Positions 8,838 to 18,632 of a stretch of 64,000 bases of DNA are shown one piece after another; within the stretch, counting starts at the first letter, position 1, and every line of letters starts with the position of its first letter. Made by a program: the position numbers and the translations under genes. The notes under the pieces were generated by a model. The model worked only from the letters and a program-made list of their open reading frames with translations, was not told where the DNA came from and made no database searches. The stretch is taken from IMG/VR virus record IMGVR_UViG_3300022752_000028. One strand, 5' to 3'. Source of the stretch: an uncultured virus (IMG/VR IMGVR_UViG_3300022752_000028). Taxonomy: Duplodnaviria > Heunggongvirae > Uroviricota > Caudoviricetes.

Positions 8838-9437
8838 ATGGCTAATCGGACCTCGCCCTCGGCGACCATGACCCTGGAAGAAGTCGACGCGCTCGTCGAC
8901 ACGGTGCTCAACAAGAAGACCCGGCACCTCGTCGACCCGGTGAAGCTCTGGGAGACGGGGCTTGCGCAGGCCAATCGGAACTACGTCGAGGCCCGCTGGC
9001 CGGCGAGCCGGCAGAATGCCGTCAGCCGACGCTCAAACAAGCTGAGCGATGCGTTCCGGGCGGTCCGCGGCTTCTACGAGGCGCAGTGGAAGATCGACCG
9101 CGTCTGGGAGATCAGCTACCGTGGGAAGTCCTACTACGAGCGGTGGGATCTGGGCTTCGTCTGCGCACGGACGGACGTCGACGCTGCCAACGTCGGTTGG
9201 GCGAAGTACGCGACGATGATCACGGTCTGGTCGGATGTCATCCGTCGCGAGGGGCTCGCTGTTCGTGAAGTGAAGCCTGGCGGCTGGTCTGAGGCCAACA
9301 AGCTGAACATGGAGAAGGCTGCCCAGTTCAGCAAGAAGATCGCTGAGGTGTCGGAGTCGATCAAGCAGTATCAGGCGAAGCTCGACGGTTACCGTCAGCA
9401 GCAGCTCCTCCTCCTCGAGGAAGTGCACGGTGGCTGA
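8838..9437 (+). CDS. hypothetical protein, C-terminal coiled coil
   Basis: Element at 8787, TAAGGAGGT. Confidence 0.8.
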   Translation: MANRTSPSATMTLEEVDALVDTVLNKKTRHLVDPVKLWETGLAQANRNYVEARWPASRQNAVSRRSNKLSDAFRAVRGFYEAQWKIDRVWEISYRGKSYYERWDLGFVCARTDVDAANVGWAKYATMITVWSDVIRREGLAVREVKPGGWSEANKLNMEKAAQFSKKIAEVSESIKQYQAKLDGYRQQQLLLLEEVHGG

Positions 9438-10164
9438 GATCAGCTGGGACGACATCGAGGCGCTGGACGCGAAGCTGTTGGCGCTGGGCTTCGGTGATAC
9501 ATGGGCAGGACGCTTTGTTCATGATACTGTATCATCTCGCCAGATGCCCAGGGGACGAGGTATCACGATCCTCGAGGAGTTCCTGGCCCGTGACTGGATG
9601 CCCATCGCTCTCCTCGCCTCAGCAGCGGAGGAGCTGATCCCGAAGTCGGAGGTTGACGGGGCGTGGCTGAGGAAGTTCGCTGAGACGGTGCGCAGCGGCT
9701 ACGGCATCCCTGATTGGAAGATGCAGCGCTTCGAGGAGATCAAGGCGAAGCTCACGGCGGGAGCAGCCCGACATCTCACAGCAGAGGAGCGGCAAGTCGT
9801 GGGGGCCCTGAAGCAGCTTGCCGAAGGACGACACCCCCGTTGGTGGGCTGAGCGACCAGGACAAGCCGCGCGATTCAGGAACATCATTCAGTCGGTCGAG
9901 GCGGGACAGCCCATCTTCGACGCCGATCTCAGCTGGGCGAAGACGCTCTTCAAGGGTGCGCTGGTTGAGCTGACTGACAGCAAGCACCCGATCGGTGAGC
10001 TTCGCTACGTCGACGGGGAGATGTGCTACATCGTCTCATCCCCGTACGTCCATCCAGAGTGGAAGCAAGTCGTCATCGACATCGTTCAGGCAGGGAAGAG
10101 CCAGATGCGCCCGGTGTACTACAGCAAGATCAAGATCCGCGGACCCTCAAAGAAGGAGCAGTGA
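9430..10164 (+). CDS. hypothetical protein
   Basis: 244 aa ORF overlapping the upstream stop. Confidence 0.75.
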   Translation: MAEISWDDIEALDAKLLALGFGDTWAGRFVHDTVSSRQMPRGRGITILEEFLARDWMPIALLASAAEELIPKSEVDGAWLRKFAETVRSGYGIPDWKMQRFEEIKAKLTAGAARHLTAEERQVVGALKQLAEGRHPRWWAERPGQAARFRNIIQSVEAGQPIFDADLSWAKTLFKGALVELTDSKHPIGELRYVDGEMCYIVSSPYVHPEWKQVVIDIVQAGKSQMRPVYYSKIKIRGPSKKEQ

Positions 10165-10466
10165 TGGAAGAAGTGAAGCGCAAGCGTGGCCGTCCCAGGA
10201 AGGTGCAGGTTGAGGCACCCGTCGTTGAAGCAGCTGATCCCATCGACCAGCAGCTCCTCCCTGCAGGCAGTGAGTTCGCTGTCGGAGATGTGGGTGCTTG
10301 GGTGCTAGGGACAGAGGTGATCTACTTCAGGGTGACGGAGCGCGTGATCCAGCCGGGTGGACGCGTGTGGTTGAAGGGGACGCAGAAGGGAGACATGCTG
10401 TCTGTCTATCTACCAGAGAACGAAGTGCGTCGACGACGTGGTACAAGCACACCTAGCGTGGTATGA
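10164..10466 (+). CDS. hypothetical protein with AT-hook motif
   Basis: KRKRGRPRK; AAGGAG RBS. Confidence 0.7.
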   Translation: MEEVKRKRGRPRKVQVEAPVVEAADPIDQQLLPAGSEFAVGDVGAWVLGTEVIYFRVTERVIQPGGRVWLKGTQKGDMLSVYLPENEVRRRRGTSTPSVV

Positions 10467-10473
10467 TAAGATC

Positions 10474-10683
10474 ATGAACAAGCAATTCAATGACGGCGAC
10501 AGTGTTAGAGTTCTAGATCAGAGCGGGAACGTCTGCGCGGAGGGCGTCTACCGCGGCACAGGCATCCCAGCGCGGGAGCTGAACGCACGACACCCAACGT
10601 TCCAGCACTACGCCGTGATCGTGGAGGGGGAGATGCGTTACTACCCAACCGGCTTCCACTCGCTGATCCCAGCCAAGCGCTGA
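10474..10683 (+). CDS. hypothetical protein, probably leaderless
   Basis: ATG 6 nt after GTGGTATGAT. Confidence 0.65.
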   Translation: MNKQFNDGDSVRVLDQSGNVCAEGVYRGTGIPARELNARHPTFQHYAVIVEGEMRYYPTGFHSLIPAKR

Positions 10684-10684
10684 C

Positions 10685-10924
10685 GTGGAGAAGGGTGAGC
10701 TCGTCAGAGTGCGTCTACTGCGCAACTGGATGGGTGACGAGTGGGACGAGGAGTGGGGTGTCGTGGTCGACTACAGGCCCAACATCTTAGGTGGATCAGC
10801 ACACATCTCAAGTGGCATCATCAATACACCTCTGCGCGGTGAGGTGCTCGTCCTCAGCTACAAGGACGGCGGGATGTCGTGGTTCGATGAGAGGAACGTG
10901 TATCTCGTGCGGGAGAGAGAGTGA
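10685..10924 (+). CDS. hypothetical protein
   Basis: Tightly packed ORF. Confidence 0.6.
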   Translation: MEKGELVRVRLLRNWMGDEWDEEWGVVVDYRPNILGGSAHISSGIINTPLRGEVLVLSYKDGGMSWFDERNVYLVRERE

Positions 10925-11175
10925 GTGATACGATAGAACCACAGGAGGCATGCGACATGGCGTTCAGCGAACCCACGGCAGGCGGCACGGTGGCAGGATC
11001 TGATGGGGTGACGGTCTACGAGGTGTGGCAGTTCAAGGGATCCCGACGGGAGTGGGAGTGCACCTGCACCGGCTATCGCACGTTTGGCAAGCCCTGCAAG
11101 CACATCAGCGCGGTGCGGGACGCCGTCAAGAGTGGCAAGCGGGGCAGTGGGGTCATCAGCGTCTTCGGCGGTTGA
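10921..11175 (+). CDS. SWIM zinc-finger protein
   Basis: WECTCTGY..PCKH (CxC..CxH). Confidence 0.8.
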   Translation: MSDTIEPQEACDMAFSEPTAGGTVAGSDGVTVYEVWQFKGSRREWECTCTGYRTFGKPCKHISAVRDAVKSGKRGSGVISVFGG

Positions 11176-11177
11176 TC

Positions 11178-11933
11178 CTAACCCACCGAGCGTGAGATAT
11201 CGTATGCGCGCTGCATCTCTGCGTGTAAGATATCGAGCGCTCCGATCTTACGCAGGCCCTTGAACGCGAGGTTCTCGATGGAGAGCTCCCCCTCCTTCTC
11301 TAACCCGCTGCGCCTAAGCTGTCTCACGCGCGCCTTCAGCTTCTTCACGCGCGATATCTCTTGCTCCCCAGGGTGCGCGCGTAGAGCAGCTATCGCACGG
11401 TGGATATCTCTTGCGTAGACGCGCGCTTTACGCTCAGCCGCGCGGAAGTCGACGTCGTCGTATGTGCCCCAGCGTGGCGGGATGGGCTCCGCGATCCACT
11501 TGTCTTTCATGAGAGAGTAGACACCGCTGAACCACTGCACCTCGTCGACGTCCTGGACGTACACCTCAACTGGGTGGCCGTGCACGGTGACGTCGTGCTC
11601 CTTGTCCCACAGCGCGGTGCGTGCCTTGAAGTAGGAGCCCACCAACTCCTCGTAGTCAGAGACGTCGGAGTACTGCACGATCAGATGGACGTCGAGGTCG
11701 GACGTCTTTGACCAGCGATACCCCGCGCACGACCCCGTCAGCGTCACGTCGATCAGCTTCGCGCGGCCCTTCTCCATGTCGTCCCAGACGTCCTGCGCGA
11801 TCGTCATCAGCGCTTCTCTGATGCCGCTCTGCAAGCGGTGTCCGCGCCAGATGTTGGGCTCCAGCACGTCTTCCGTGCGGATGATCTGCTGAATGACGCC
11901 CCGCAACGAGGCTGTGTCGAAGTCTGTGGCCAT
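11178..11933 (-). CDS. DNA polymerase beta-superfamily nucleotidyltransferase
   Basis: LTGS..SDLDVHL..VEVYVQ; GATAGTTA 5 nt upstream of ATG. Confidence 0.85.
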   Translation of the reverse strand: MATDFDTASLRGVIQQIIRTEDVLEPNIWRGHRLQSGIREALMTIAQDVWDDMEKGRAKLIDVTLTGSCAGYRWSKTSDLDVHLIVQYSDVSDYEELVGSYFKARTALWDKEHDVTVHGHPVEVYVQDVDEVQWFSGVYSLMKDKWIAEPIPPRWGTYDDVDFRAAERKARVYARDIHRAIAALRAHPGEQEISRVKKLKARVRQLRRSGLEKEGELSIENLAFKGLRKIGALDILHAEMQRAYDISRSVG

Positions 11934-12028
11934 GGTAGTAACTATCGACCTCGAGCGCACGCAGACAAAGCCCGCTCAACTCCCGTGCGGGTGGACAGAG
12001 CTGTGGTATACTGGGGGCAGGAGGCAAC

Positions 12029-12253
12029 ATGGCCAGCAACGATCTCAATCAGCTCGCGGACATGATGGTGGATTGGGCAGGGTACGACATCAACCGCATC
12101 CTGACGAACTGCGAACCGGACACGGGTACCACCGTGGCGTCGGTGGAGTTCATCAAGTGTCTGCTCTGGACGCTCAGCCAGGAGCCCGAGGCCCGTCGGT
12201 GCCTCCAGAGCCTCACCACCCAGGCACAGGCCGAATGGCGGTATCGAGGCTGA
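12029..12253 (+). CDS. hypothetical protein
   Basis: Element at 11982, AGGAGG. Confidence 0.75.
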   Translation: MASNDLNQLADMMVDWAGYDINRILTNCEPDTGTTVASVEFIKCLLWTLSQEPEARRCLQSLTTQAQAEWRYRG

Positions 12254-12313
12254 TCCCGTGCGGGCAATTCAAACAGTGGTATACTAACCAAGCCAACAAG
12301 GAGAGGCAAACAA

Positions 12314-12655
12314 ATGGCCAGCAAGAACGTGAAGGTGATCGAGGTTTCCCAGGTCGACGGCAAGCTCACGGTGGTCGGAACGGTCGGTGAGACCCCGTTC
12401 ACGGCCTCCCCCTTCCAGTGGGGCTCCAAGATGCTGATGAAGGTCGAGGCGGAGGGCCTGGATCGAGGCAGTCGAATCGCGATCGGACACGCGGCCAAGA
12501 AGGCCCTGAAGGTGGCCGAACTGGCCCTGCCCGAGGCGGTCCTCAAGCGGCCTCGGAAGCCCAAGGCGGAGCCCGTGCAGGCGGAATCCGCCGAGGCGGT
12601 GGTCGAATCCGACGTCGAGCTGACCACCCTGGATGAGGCCCTGACCGAGTCCTGA
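12314..12655 (+). CDS. paralog family A protein (copy 1)
   Basis: QWGSKMLM..DRGSRIAIGHAAKKA..LPEAVLKRPRK shared with 18079 and 23887. Confidence 0.88.
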   Translation: MASKNVKVIEVSQVDGKLTVVGTVGETPFTASPFQWGSKMLMKVEAEGLDRGSRIAIGHAAKKALKVAELALPEAVLKRPRKPKAEPVQAESAEAVVESDVELTTLDEALTES

Positions 12656-12712
12656 GCTCGGCCCGTGCGGGCATTCCGGTCCGTGATATACTAACCCAGC
12701 AAAGGAGGAATC

Positions 12713-12988
12713 ATGGTCAACGGCATCTGTCACTGGTCCGAGCGTCAAATGATCGACCGTAAGACGCTCGGCTACGCTGATCTGACTGTCTACCGTGTGC
12801 CGGTCACGCTCAATCCGAGCAGCCCGGACCCGGTCACGGCCCTTCAGACGGCCCTCACGAGCCGGAACAGCAGTCCGCTCCGGCTTTCGAGCTGCGGATC
12901 GACCCACTACCACCTGGTCAACCTGGCGCAGGGTGCTGATGGTCAGGCTTTCGCGGAGATCGAGGTCGAGGTCAACATCGGTGAATGA
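12713..12988 (+). CDS. hypothetical protein
   Basis: Element at 12662, AAGGAGG. Confidence 0.75.
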   Translation: MVNGICHWSERQMIDRKTLGYADLTVYRVPVTLNPSSPDPVTALQTALTSRNSSPLRLSSCGSTHYHLVNLAQGADGQAFAEIEVEVNIGE

Positions 12989-13043
12989 CCCGTGCGGGTG
13001 AATCCAACCGTGATATACTAACAAGGCAAGGAGGAAAGGAATC

Positions 13044-13310
13044 ATGGCGGTCTTCGAAGGAAACAACGTCAATCTGGAATACGGTGACCTGGAACTCACG
13101 GAGGAGTTGGAGGAGGCCCTTTGCCTCCTGGATGATTCCTGTCGGGGTGGTTCCGGGGGAACCTACGACATCTTCGAGTCCGATGAGGATGGGGCGGAAT
13201 GGGAAGCCGTTCCCTGTGATGGACCCTACGACACCCTGTACTTTGTGGAAGGGGACTGGACCGAGAGCTTCAATCTTCAGGATGATGAAGAGGAAGAGGA
13301 AGAAGAGTGA
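13044..13310 (+). CDS. acidic protein, paralog family B (with 22998)
   Basis: EAL.LD.SCR.GSGG..DI...W...DGP.DT.Y shared. Confidence 0.8.
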   Translation: MAVFEGNNVNLEYGDLELTEELEEALCLLDDSCRGGSGGTYDIFESDEDGAEWEAVPCDGPYDTLYFVEGDWTESFNLQDDEEEEEEE

Positions 13311-13367
13311 TCCCGTGCATCGTGTCTGGTCAATGGTAGAATAACCAAGCAAACCAAGGAGACAATC

Positions 13368-13559
13368 ATGAAGGTCAAGCAGCTCATCGAGCTTCTCTCC
13401 CAGTTCGATCCCGAGGCACCCGTCATGGCAGCTTTCCCATCGGGTCAGAACCATCTCGAACGGTACGACACCGAGGTGATCCACGTGGAAGAGCTCATGC
13501 GCTACGATGGGACCCGCCCTCTCATCAGCGTCAGCAATGCCCATCTCCTGGATGATTGA
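13368..13559 (+). CDS. small protein, family C (MxVxxLIxxL..P)
   Basis: N-terminus similar to 14586 and 20668. Confidence 0.75.
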   Translation: MKVKQLIELLSQFDPEAPVMAAFPSGQNHLERYDTEVIHVEELMRYDGTRPLISVSNAHLLDD

Positions 13560-13609
13560 CCCGTGCAATCGATCCTGATCGTGGTATACTAACCCAGCAA
13601 GGAGGAAAC

Positions 13610-13903
13610 ATGGCAACCATCTTCATCGTCAATCACTCGATCTCGGGCCCCTACGCCCAGTGCTTCAGCTCCTATCACAAGACGGAAGAGGAGGCTGCGG
13701 AGGCATTCTTCGAATGCAAGCAGTCCGTCGGAGAAGACCCGGTCCTGATCGAGCTGATCGCCCTGGACACGGAGACCCTGGACGCGGTCACCCACTGCGG
13801 ATGGGAGGGGACCTGCTTCGACCTGGAGGAAGAGGAAGCGGATCTCGAGGCGGAAGGAATGGCCGACTACGAAGATGATGGGATCTGTGAGGGATCCCCG
13901 TAG
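13610..13903 (+). CDS. acidic hypothetical protein
   Basis: Element at 13560, AAGGAGG. Confidence 0.75.
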   Translation: MATIFIVNHSISGPYAQCFSSYHKTEEEAAEAFFECKQSVGEDPVLIELIALDTETLDAVTHCGWEGTCFDLEEEEADLEAEGMADYEDDGICEGSP

Positions 13904-13957
13904 GTCCCGTGCGGGTCGTCCCACCTGTGGTATACTAACGGAGCAAAGGAGGACAGA

Positions 13958-14179
13958 ATGAAGAAGACCAATCAAGAGTTCGTGGAAAGTCTCTCTCCCG
14001 AGGACGCGAAGAAGATCCTACTTGACGCAGTCTGGGCACTCGAGAAGATCGCGATCAACTCCAATCCCGCACGAAACCCACCCCCGGTGCTCGCGTGGAA
14101 CGTCCTCGCAAAGTACGGTTACTACATGACAAATGTACCGGAAACGCAGGGATGGCATCCTAACGGGTTCGAACCGTGA
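13958..14179 (+). CDS. hypothetical protein
   Basis: Element at 13906, AAGGAGG. Confidence 0.75.
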   Translation: MKKTNQEFVESLSPEDAKKILLDAVWALEKIAINSNPARNPPPVLAWNVLAKYGYYMTNVPETQGWHPNGFEP

Positions 14180-14230
14180 CCCGTGCATCCTGACTTGAGT
14201 GTGGTATACTAACTGCGCAAGGAGGAAGGA

Positions 14231-14533
14231 ATGGCTCTCAATCTCACCACCATCAAGAAGAACGGCATCACTGGGGTCACCACCAAGCGGGAATGCCAGA
14301 TCGCTGGTGCCGGTTGCCAGTATCTCGCGTCCAATCCCAAGCCTGGTCGCCAGGACTACTACACACCCAGGACGGACAACCCCAAGGATATCATTCCCGA
14401 AGGCACCATCCTCAAGGTCCTTTCCGTCCATCCTGCGGGCACCACCTACGGTCCGGCACACATCACGGTGGCCTCCCCTTCCGGTAGGACTTTCGATATC
14501 ATGGCACCGGATCTTGGCAAGCTTTGCCAGTGA
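14231..14533 (+). CDS. hypothetical protein
   Basis: Element at 14180, AAGGAGG. Confidence 0.75.
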   Translation: MALNLTTIKKNGITGVTTKRECQIAGAGCQYLASNPKPGRQDYYTPRTDNPKDIIPEGTILKVLSVHPAGTTYGPAHITVASPSGRTFDIMAPDLGKLCQ

Positions 14534-14585
14534 TCCCGTGCAGGGGAATCGAGCTGTGGTATACTAATCCAGCAAAGGAGGAATC

Positions 14586-14777
14586 ATGACGGTTCGAGAG
14601 CTCATCAAGGAACTCAAGCGTGTCAGCCCTGATGCTGAGGTGGTAACCGATGGGATCGGTCCTGTCTCCCTGGCCTTTGAGACCTGGCCCATGTCTTCTA
14701 CTTCAACTGCAATTCCGGGCAAGGTCACCCTCGCAGTTCGAAACCCGTGCAACCCGCCCAAGCCTGCGGTAGAATAA
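14586..14777 (+). CDS. small protein, family C
   Basis: MTVRELIKEL..PDAEV; reads through the next element. Confidence 0.7.
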   Translation: MTVRELIKELKRVSPDAEVVTDGIGPVSLAFETWPMSSTSTAIPGKVTLAVRNPCNPPKPAVE

Positions 14778-14959
14778 CAAAGCAAAGGAGGAAAGATGAC
14801 ACGCAAGTTCACCATGAAGTTGATCCGGGGCATGGAGGAGGGACTGATCAGTCCGACGGTCCTCGCGGAGAACCTGCTCGGATACATGAGCGAACGGGAG
14901 GTCGAGGACTTCGCCCGCGCTGAGGGTTACTTTGAACACGAGGAAGAGGAGGAAGAGGA

Positions 14960-15202
14960 ATGAACGAGCTCATTCGAAAGATGACAGTCATGTTCAACAA
15001 CGGCACCCCGCTCGAGGAGATCAAGGCCTTCCACCAGGCACACGCCATGGAAGTTGTTGATGCGCTCCTCGAGGCACGCTCGACCCCTGAGGGCGAAGCG
15101 ACCTTCACGTCGGAGCTCAACGCCCTGATCAAGGAGACGCGCGAGGCAGCCGGCCTGCCACCCAGCGTCTCGGTGCGGTCTCAGTGGGACCCGTGCGCCT
15201 GA
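14960..15202 (+). CDS. hypothetical protein (preceded by small ORF 14796-14963)
   Basis: ATGA coupling, GAGGAGG. Confidence 0.65.
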   Translation: MNELIRKMTVMFNNGTPLEEIKAFHQAHAMEVVDALLEARSTPEGEATFTSELNALIKETREAAGLPPSVSVRSQWDPCA

Positions 15203-15242
15203 AACGAACTGTGGTAGAATAACAAAGCAAACAGGAGGTCAA

Positions 15243-15491
15243 ATGGCAGTTCTATTCGCGCGAGACAACAATCCAGGCGAGGCAGGCATCGGTTACGTCA
15301 TCAGCGTCTGGGACGATAAGCATGCCGTAGATTGGATCGTGTTCGATGAAGGATCGAAGCCGGACTTCGATCGCGTCCGGCAGTTCCTCTCGAAGCATCG
15401 TCCAGGCTACGCCTTCGATGGATCGAATCCTGGCAAGATCTTCAAGAACTGGGAGGATTACGTACAGGATCAGGAGACCCGATGGCAGTGA
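15243..15491 (+). CDS. hypothetical protein
   Basis: Element at 15190, AGGAGGT. Confidence 0.75.
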   Translation: MAVLFARDNNPGEAGIGYVISVWDDKHAVDWIVFDEGSKPDFDRVRQFLSKHRPGYAFDGSNPGKIFKNWEDYVQDQETRWQ

Positions 15492-15547
15492 TCCCGTGCA
15501 CCGATCCCGCACAGTGGTAGAATAACAGAGCCAACCAAGGAGGCACA

Positions 15548-15796
15548 ATGCGTCACTTCATCTTCCTCATCGGTTCCACGGACGACTTCGAGAGCCTCGA
15601 GGATCTCAAGAACACCTACTTCAACGGCAACGACACCTACCGCAACATGTCGGTGTTCCCAGTCAGCCTCTCCGAGGTCTGCCAGGTGGCCGGGTACGAC
15701 ACCCTGGAGGAGATCGCCACGCTGATCGGCCGAGGAGAGGCGATGACGGAAGGCTGGTGCCTCGACGATACCCTTTCCACTCTCCTGGAGGCCTGA
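15548..15796 (+). CDS. hypothetical protein
   Basis: Element at 15493, AAGGAGG. Confidence 0.75.
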   Translation: MRHFIFLIGSTDDFESLEDLKNTYFNGNDTYRNMSVFPVSLSEVCQVAGYDTLEEIATLIGRGEAMTEGWCLDDTLSTLLEA

Positions 15797-15991
15797 ATCA
15801 TGACGAACACTGAACTCTACCTTGAGCTGAACGAGCTCGTCTCCCGGTACCTCAACGACAGCGGTGATCCCAGCATCCTTGCTGAGGCCCTTCGCGAGCT
15901 TGCGGACGACGTCTTCGAGGAGGACGAGGACGAGGAGTAACCCGTGCAATCCACCTGATCGGTGATATACTAACCCAGCATAGGAGGCAGC

Positions 15992-16270
15992 ATGGTCAAC
16001 GTCGGTGACACGGTTCGATTCCACGCGGAGACGGAGGGCTGGTCGCTGGATGACTGGGCGATGGAGCCCGGTGACGGCTTCAGCCAGTTCGTGGGGCGGC
16101 TGGATGGCCTCCTGGCTGAGGTGACTGCGGTCGAAGTGGAAGGTGAAGAGGGTGAGGTCTGCTACGTGGACCTCGTCTTCCAGGACGGTGAGATGCTTGA
16201 CGCGGTCTGTGTCGTCCACCTCGAGCCGATCGACCGCAAGGTCCGGGTGCTCGCGGCTCGAGCTGCCTGA
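15992..16270 (+). CDS. acidic hypothetical protein (KOW/SH3-like VGDTV)
   Basis: Element at 15941, AGGAGG. Confidence 0.75.
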   Translation: MVNVGDTVRFHAETEGWSLDDWAMEPGDGFSQFVGRLDGLLAEVTAVEVEGEEGEVCYVDLVFQDGEMLDAVCVVHLEPIDRKVRVLAARAA

Positions 16271-16317
16271 CCCGTGCAATCCCTCACCCACGCTGTAGAA
16301 TAAGAACAGGAGGTAAG

Positions 16318-16557
16318 ATGACCCAGACCCGCCCCGCCTACAAGCCCATCTCGATCTTCGAGGAGCGCATCCAGCACGCCCAGATGGGCGCTGCCAACAT
16401 GGCCTCCTTCCTCGCGGCTGATGCGGCCATCAACGAGCTGCTGCTCTACGAGGCTGAGATGTCTCAGGCGGGGGGTGGTGCTCCGGAGCTCTACACTGGG
16501 ATCGAGATCCACATGAAGTGGTCCGCTCTGGATGCCTTCTCGATGGGGGACGCGTGA
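16318..16557 (+). CDS. hypothetical protein
   Basis: Element at 16271, AGGAGGT. Confidence 0.7.
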   Translation: MTQTRPAYKPISIFEERIQHAQMGAANMASFLAADAAINELLLYEAEMSQAGGGAPELYTGIEIHMKWSALDAFSMGDA

Positions 16558-16681
16558 GCAAGACCCGAAAGGCGCTGCAGCTCGTCATGACGCCAGTCGT
16601 CGTGGTCGGCATCTACACGTGGCTGATCCGCGAAGCCTATCGGGACCTGCGCATCATGCTCAAGAAGCAGGGAGGTGACAA

Positions 16682-17005
16682 GTGAGCTTCCCCGCTGTCA
16701 TGTTCCTCCTCGGTGTCGCAGCGCTACTAGCGGGGCGTACCATATCTCACAGGCAGGATGACGAGTGTGGGATGCATCTTGCGCACGGCATCTCAGGCAT
16801 AACATATCTCACGCTCCTCATCTGGGGCACGCTGCCCATCGTCGCGCTCTGGAGCATCGTCCGCGCGTTCAAGTTCCAGTTCTATCCAGACACCTGCCAG
16901 CGGCAGCGCCACGAGTACTACCCGGAAGCTCTGCTCCCAGTCGTCGCAGTGATCACTGTGCTTCTCGAGCTAGGCGGCTGGGCCTTCTTCCAGTGGATAC
17001 GTTAG
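16682..17005 (+). CDS. small membrane protein
   Basis: Three hydrophobic segments; GGAGGT RBS. Confidence 0.65.
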   Translation: MSFPAVMFLLGVAALLAGRTISHRQDDECGMHLAHGISGITYLTLLIWGTLPIVALWSIVRAFKFQFYPDTCQRQRHEYYPEALLPVVAVITVLLELGGWAFFQWIR

Positions 17006-17146
17006 GCCCGTGCGTGCGGGATAGGTAGTGGTATGATGTGGGTGTGGAGGAGATGGTGGAATACGGTCCCTACGATGTCATCAATCTTCTTGCAGCGATA
17101 GGAATTGTCATAGCAGCATTCAAAGTCATGAAGTAAGGAGGTCAAC

Positions 17147-17353
17147 ATGGCTCGCTCTCTGAAGGACGTCAACTCCAAGCACCGCGTCAAGCGGACGCTC
17201 GAGACCATCCGACTGCTCCGCGGCTTCGACCGGGCTGCCCACTTCGCGGCAGGCGGAACACCCGCCGACTGGCGGGGCCGATCGGACGTCCGCCCCGACA
17301 AGCGGAAGGACGGGAACCGACGGGCTTGCCGAGGACCCGTGCGGGACGACTGA
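17147..17353 (+). CDS. basic hypothetical protein
   Basis: TAAGGAGGT RBS. Confidence 0.7.
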   Translation: MARSLKDVNSKHRVKRTLETIRLLRGFDRAAHFAAGGTPADWRGRSDVRPDKRKDGNRRACRGPVRDD

Positions 17354-17383
17354 CATGTGGTATACTGGGGGCACGGAGGCAAG

Positions 17384-17581
17384 ATGCGGCACAAGGCACC
17401 CAGGTTCAAGGTTGTCAAGGTCATCAACGGGGTGGAGTTCGGTCTGGTCAAGATCGCGGGCTTCCAGTGGGTCACGAACTCGGGCAACCCCACGGGCTTC
17501 GAGCTGAAGGACGCCGAGCGGTGGGCAGTCCAGCTCGGGTCGGGGTACGAGGTTCTCCCGTGCGTGCCCAAGGCCCAGTGA
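17384..17581 (+). CDS. hypothetical protein
   Basis: Element at 17336, GGAGG. Confidence 0.7.
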   Translation: MRHKAPRFKVVKVINGVEFGLVKIAGFQWVTNSGNPTGFELKDAERWAVQLGSGYEVLPCVPKAQ

Positions 17582-17806
17582 TATACTAACCCAGCAAGGA
17601 GGAAAGGATGCGAGACGGATACGACAACTACGTGGAGCCCCAGGTCGATGAGAACGAGGGTGAGGACTTCGTGGTCGAGGACCACCCGACCCCCGAGGAG
17701 GTCGCGGCCTTCTGGGCAGAGGTCCGTCCCGACAACGGGATCCCGTTCTAACCAACCCGTGCGGGCAATTCCAACTGTGGTATACTAACCAGGCAAAGGA
17801 GGACAG

Positions 17807-18019
17807 ATGGACAAGACGGCTCTCAACGGCATCATCTTCTCGATCATCACGGGCATGGTCATTGGCACGGTGGCGGCTCTGGCCACCCCGCCCGAGGCCT
17901 CTCACGCGGCGGACAAGGCTCAGGTGATCGTGGATGAGGTGGAGGTCGAGGCCTTCTTCGTGCCCGAGGGGCACGTGGGGCCTGTCGTGGCAACTGAGGC
18001 GGATGGGTCGGTGTTCTAA
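17807..18019 (+). CDS. small membrane/secreted protein, family D (with 23502)
   Basis: TM helix then EVEAxFVPxGHxGPxVA. Confidence 0.75.
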   Translation: MDKTALNGIIFSIITGMVIGTVAALATPPEASHAADKAQVIVDEVEVEAFFVPEGHVGPVVATEADGSVF

Positions 18020-18078
18020 CCGACCCGTGCGGGTTCTTCAAACTGTGGTATACTAACAAGGCAAGGAGGAAAGGAATC

Positions 18079-18486
18079 ATGGCGAAGGAGAAGATCGAGA
18101 TCAAGGAGATTCAGGCGACCGACAAGGGGTTCAAGGTCTCCGGAACGGTCGGTTCCGAGGCTCCGATCGACTTCGTGGCCACCACCTTCCAGTGGGGCTC
18201 GAAGATGCTCATGAAGGTCGACGACGAGTTCATGGACCGTGGTACTCGAATCGCGGTCGGTCACGCGGCAAAGAAGGCCATTCGGTCGGCAGGCCTGGTC
18301 CTTCCCGAGGCGGTCCTCAAGCGGCCCCGCAAGCCCAAGGCGGAGCCCGTGCCCGAGGTCCCGAAGGAGGACTTCACGGGCAAGACGGTCAAGGAGCTCA
18401 AGGAACTTTGCCGTGCACGTGGAATTGCTGGCCATTCCAAGGACGGCATCAAGAAGCAGGACCTGGTTAACATGCTCCAGGCATGA
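18079..18486 (+). CDS. paralog family A protein (copy 2) with C-terminal Rho-N/SAP-like helix-extension-helix domain
   Basis: Family A core plus KTVKELKELCRARGIAGHSK..KKQDLV. Confidence 0.85.
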   Translation: MAKEKIEIKEIQATDKGFKVSGTVGSEAPIDFVATTFQWGSKMLMKVDDEFMDRGTRIAVGHAAKKAIRSAGLVLPEAVLKRPRKPKAEPVPEVPKEDFTGKTVKELKELCRARGIAGHSKDGIKKQDLVNMLQA

Positions 18487-18497
18487 TAGATACTAAC

Positions 18498-18620
18498 GTC
18501 GAGCCTGAGGGAATGCAGTCTTACCCGTGAGACTGGTCAACATTCACACGAACCTCAGGCTCGACCTGCTTTTGCGCGATATGTATTGATGACATTGAGA
18601 GTCGTGTCTCGTGTCATTAA
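18498..18620 (+). promoter_or_regulatory. Structured leader upstream of the HNH gene (13-bp perfect inverted repeat, inner stems, GATATGTA motif, second hairpin)
   Basis: GTCGAGCCTGAGG 18498-18510 / CCTCAGGCTCGAC 18553-18565; hairpin 18586-18620. Confidence 0.6.
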
Positions 18621-18632
18621 TCACGGTGTATC

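Noticed and set aside
1999..8974. Long minus-strand ORFs (1999-3651, 5029-6366, 8030-8974) and similar antisense ORFs in the GC-rich zone
   Set aside because: They are shadows of high-GC3 plus-strand genes with clear motifs, and they lack an RBS or recognisable domains.
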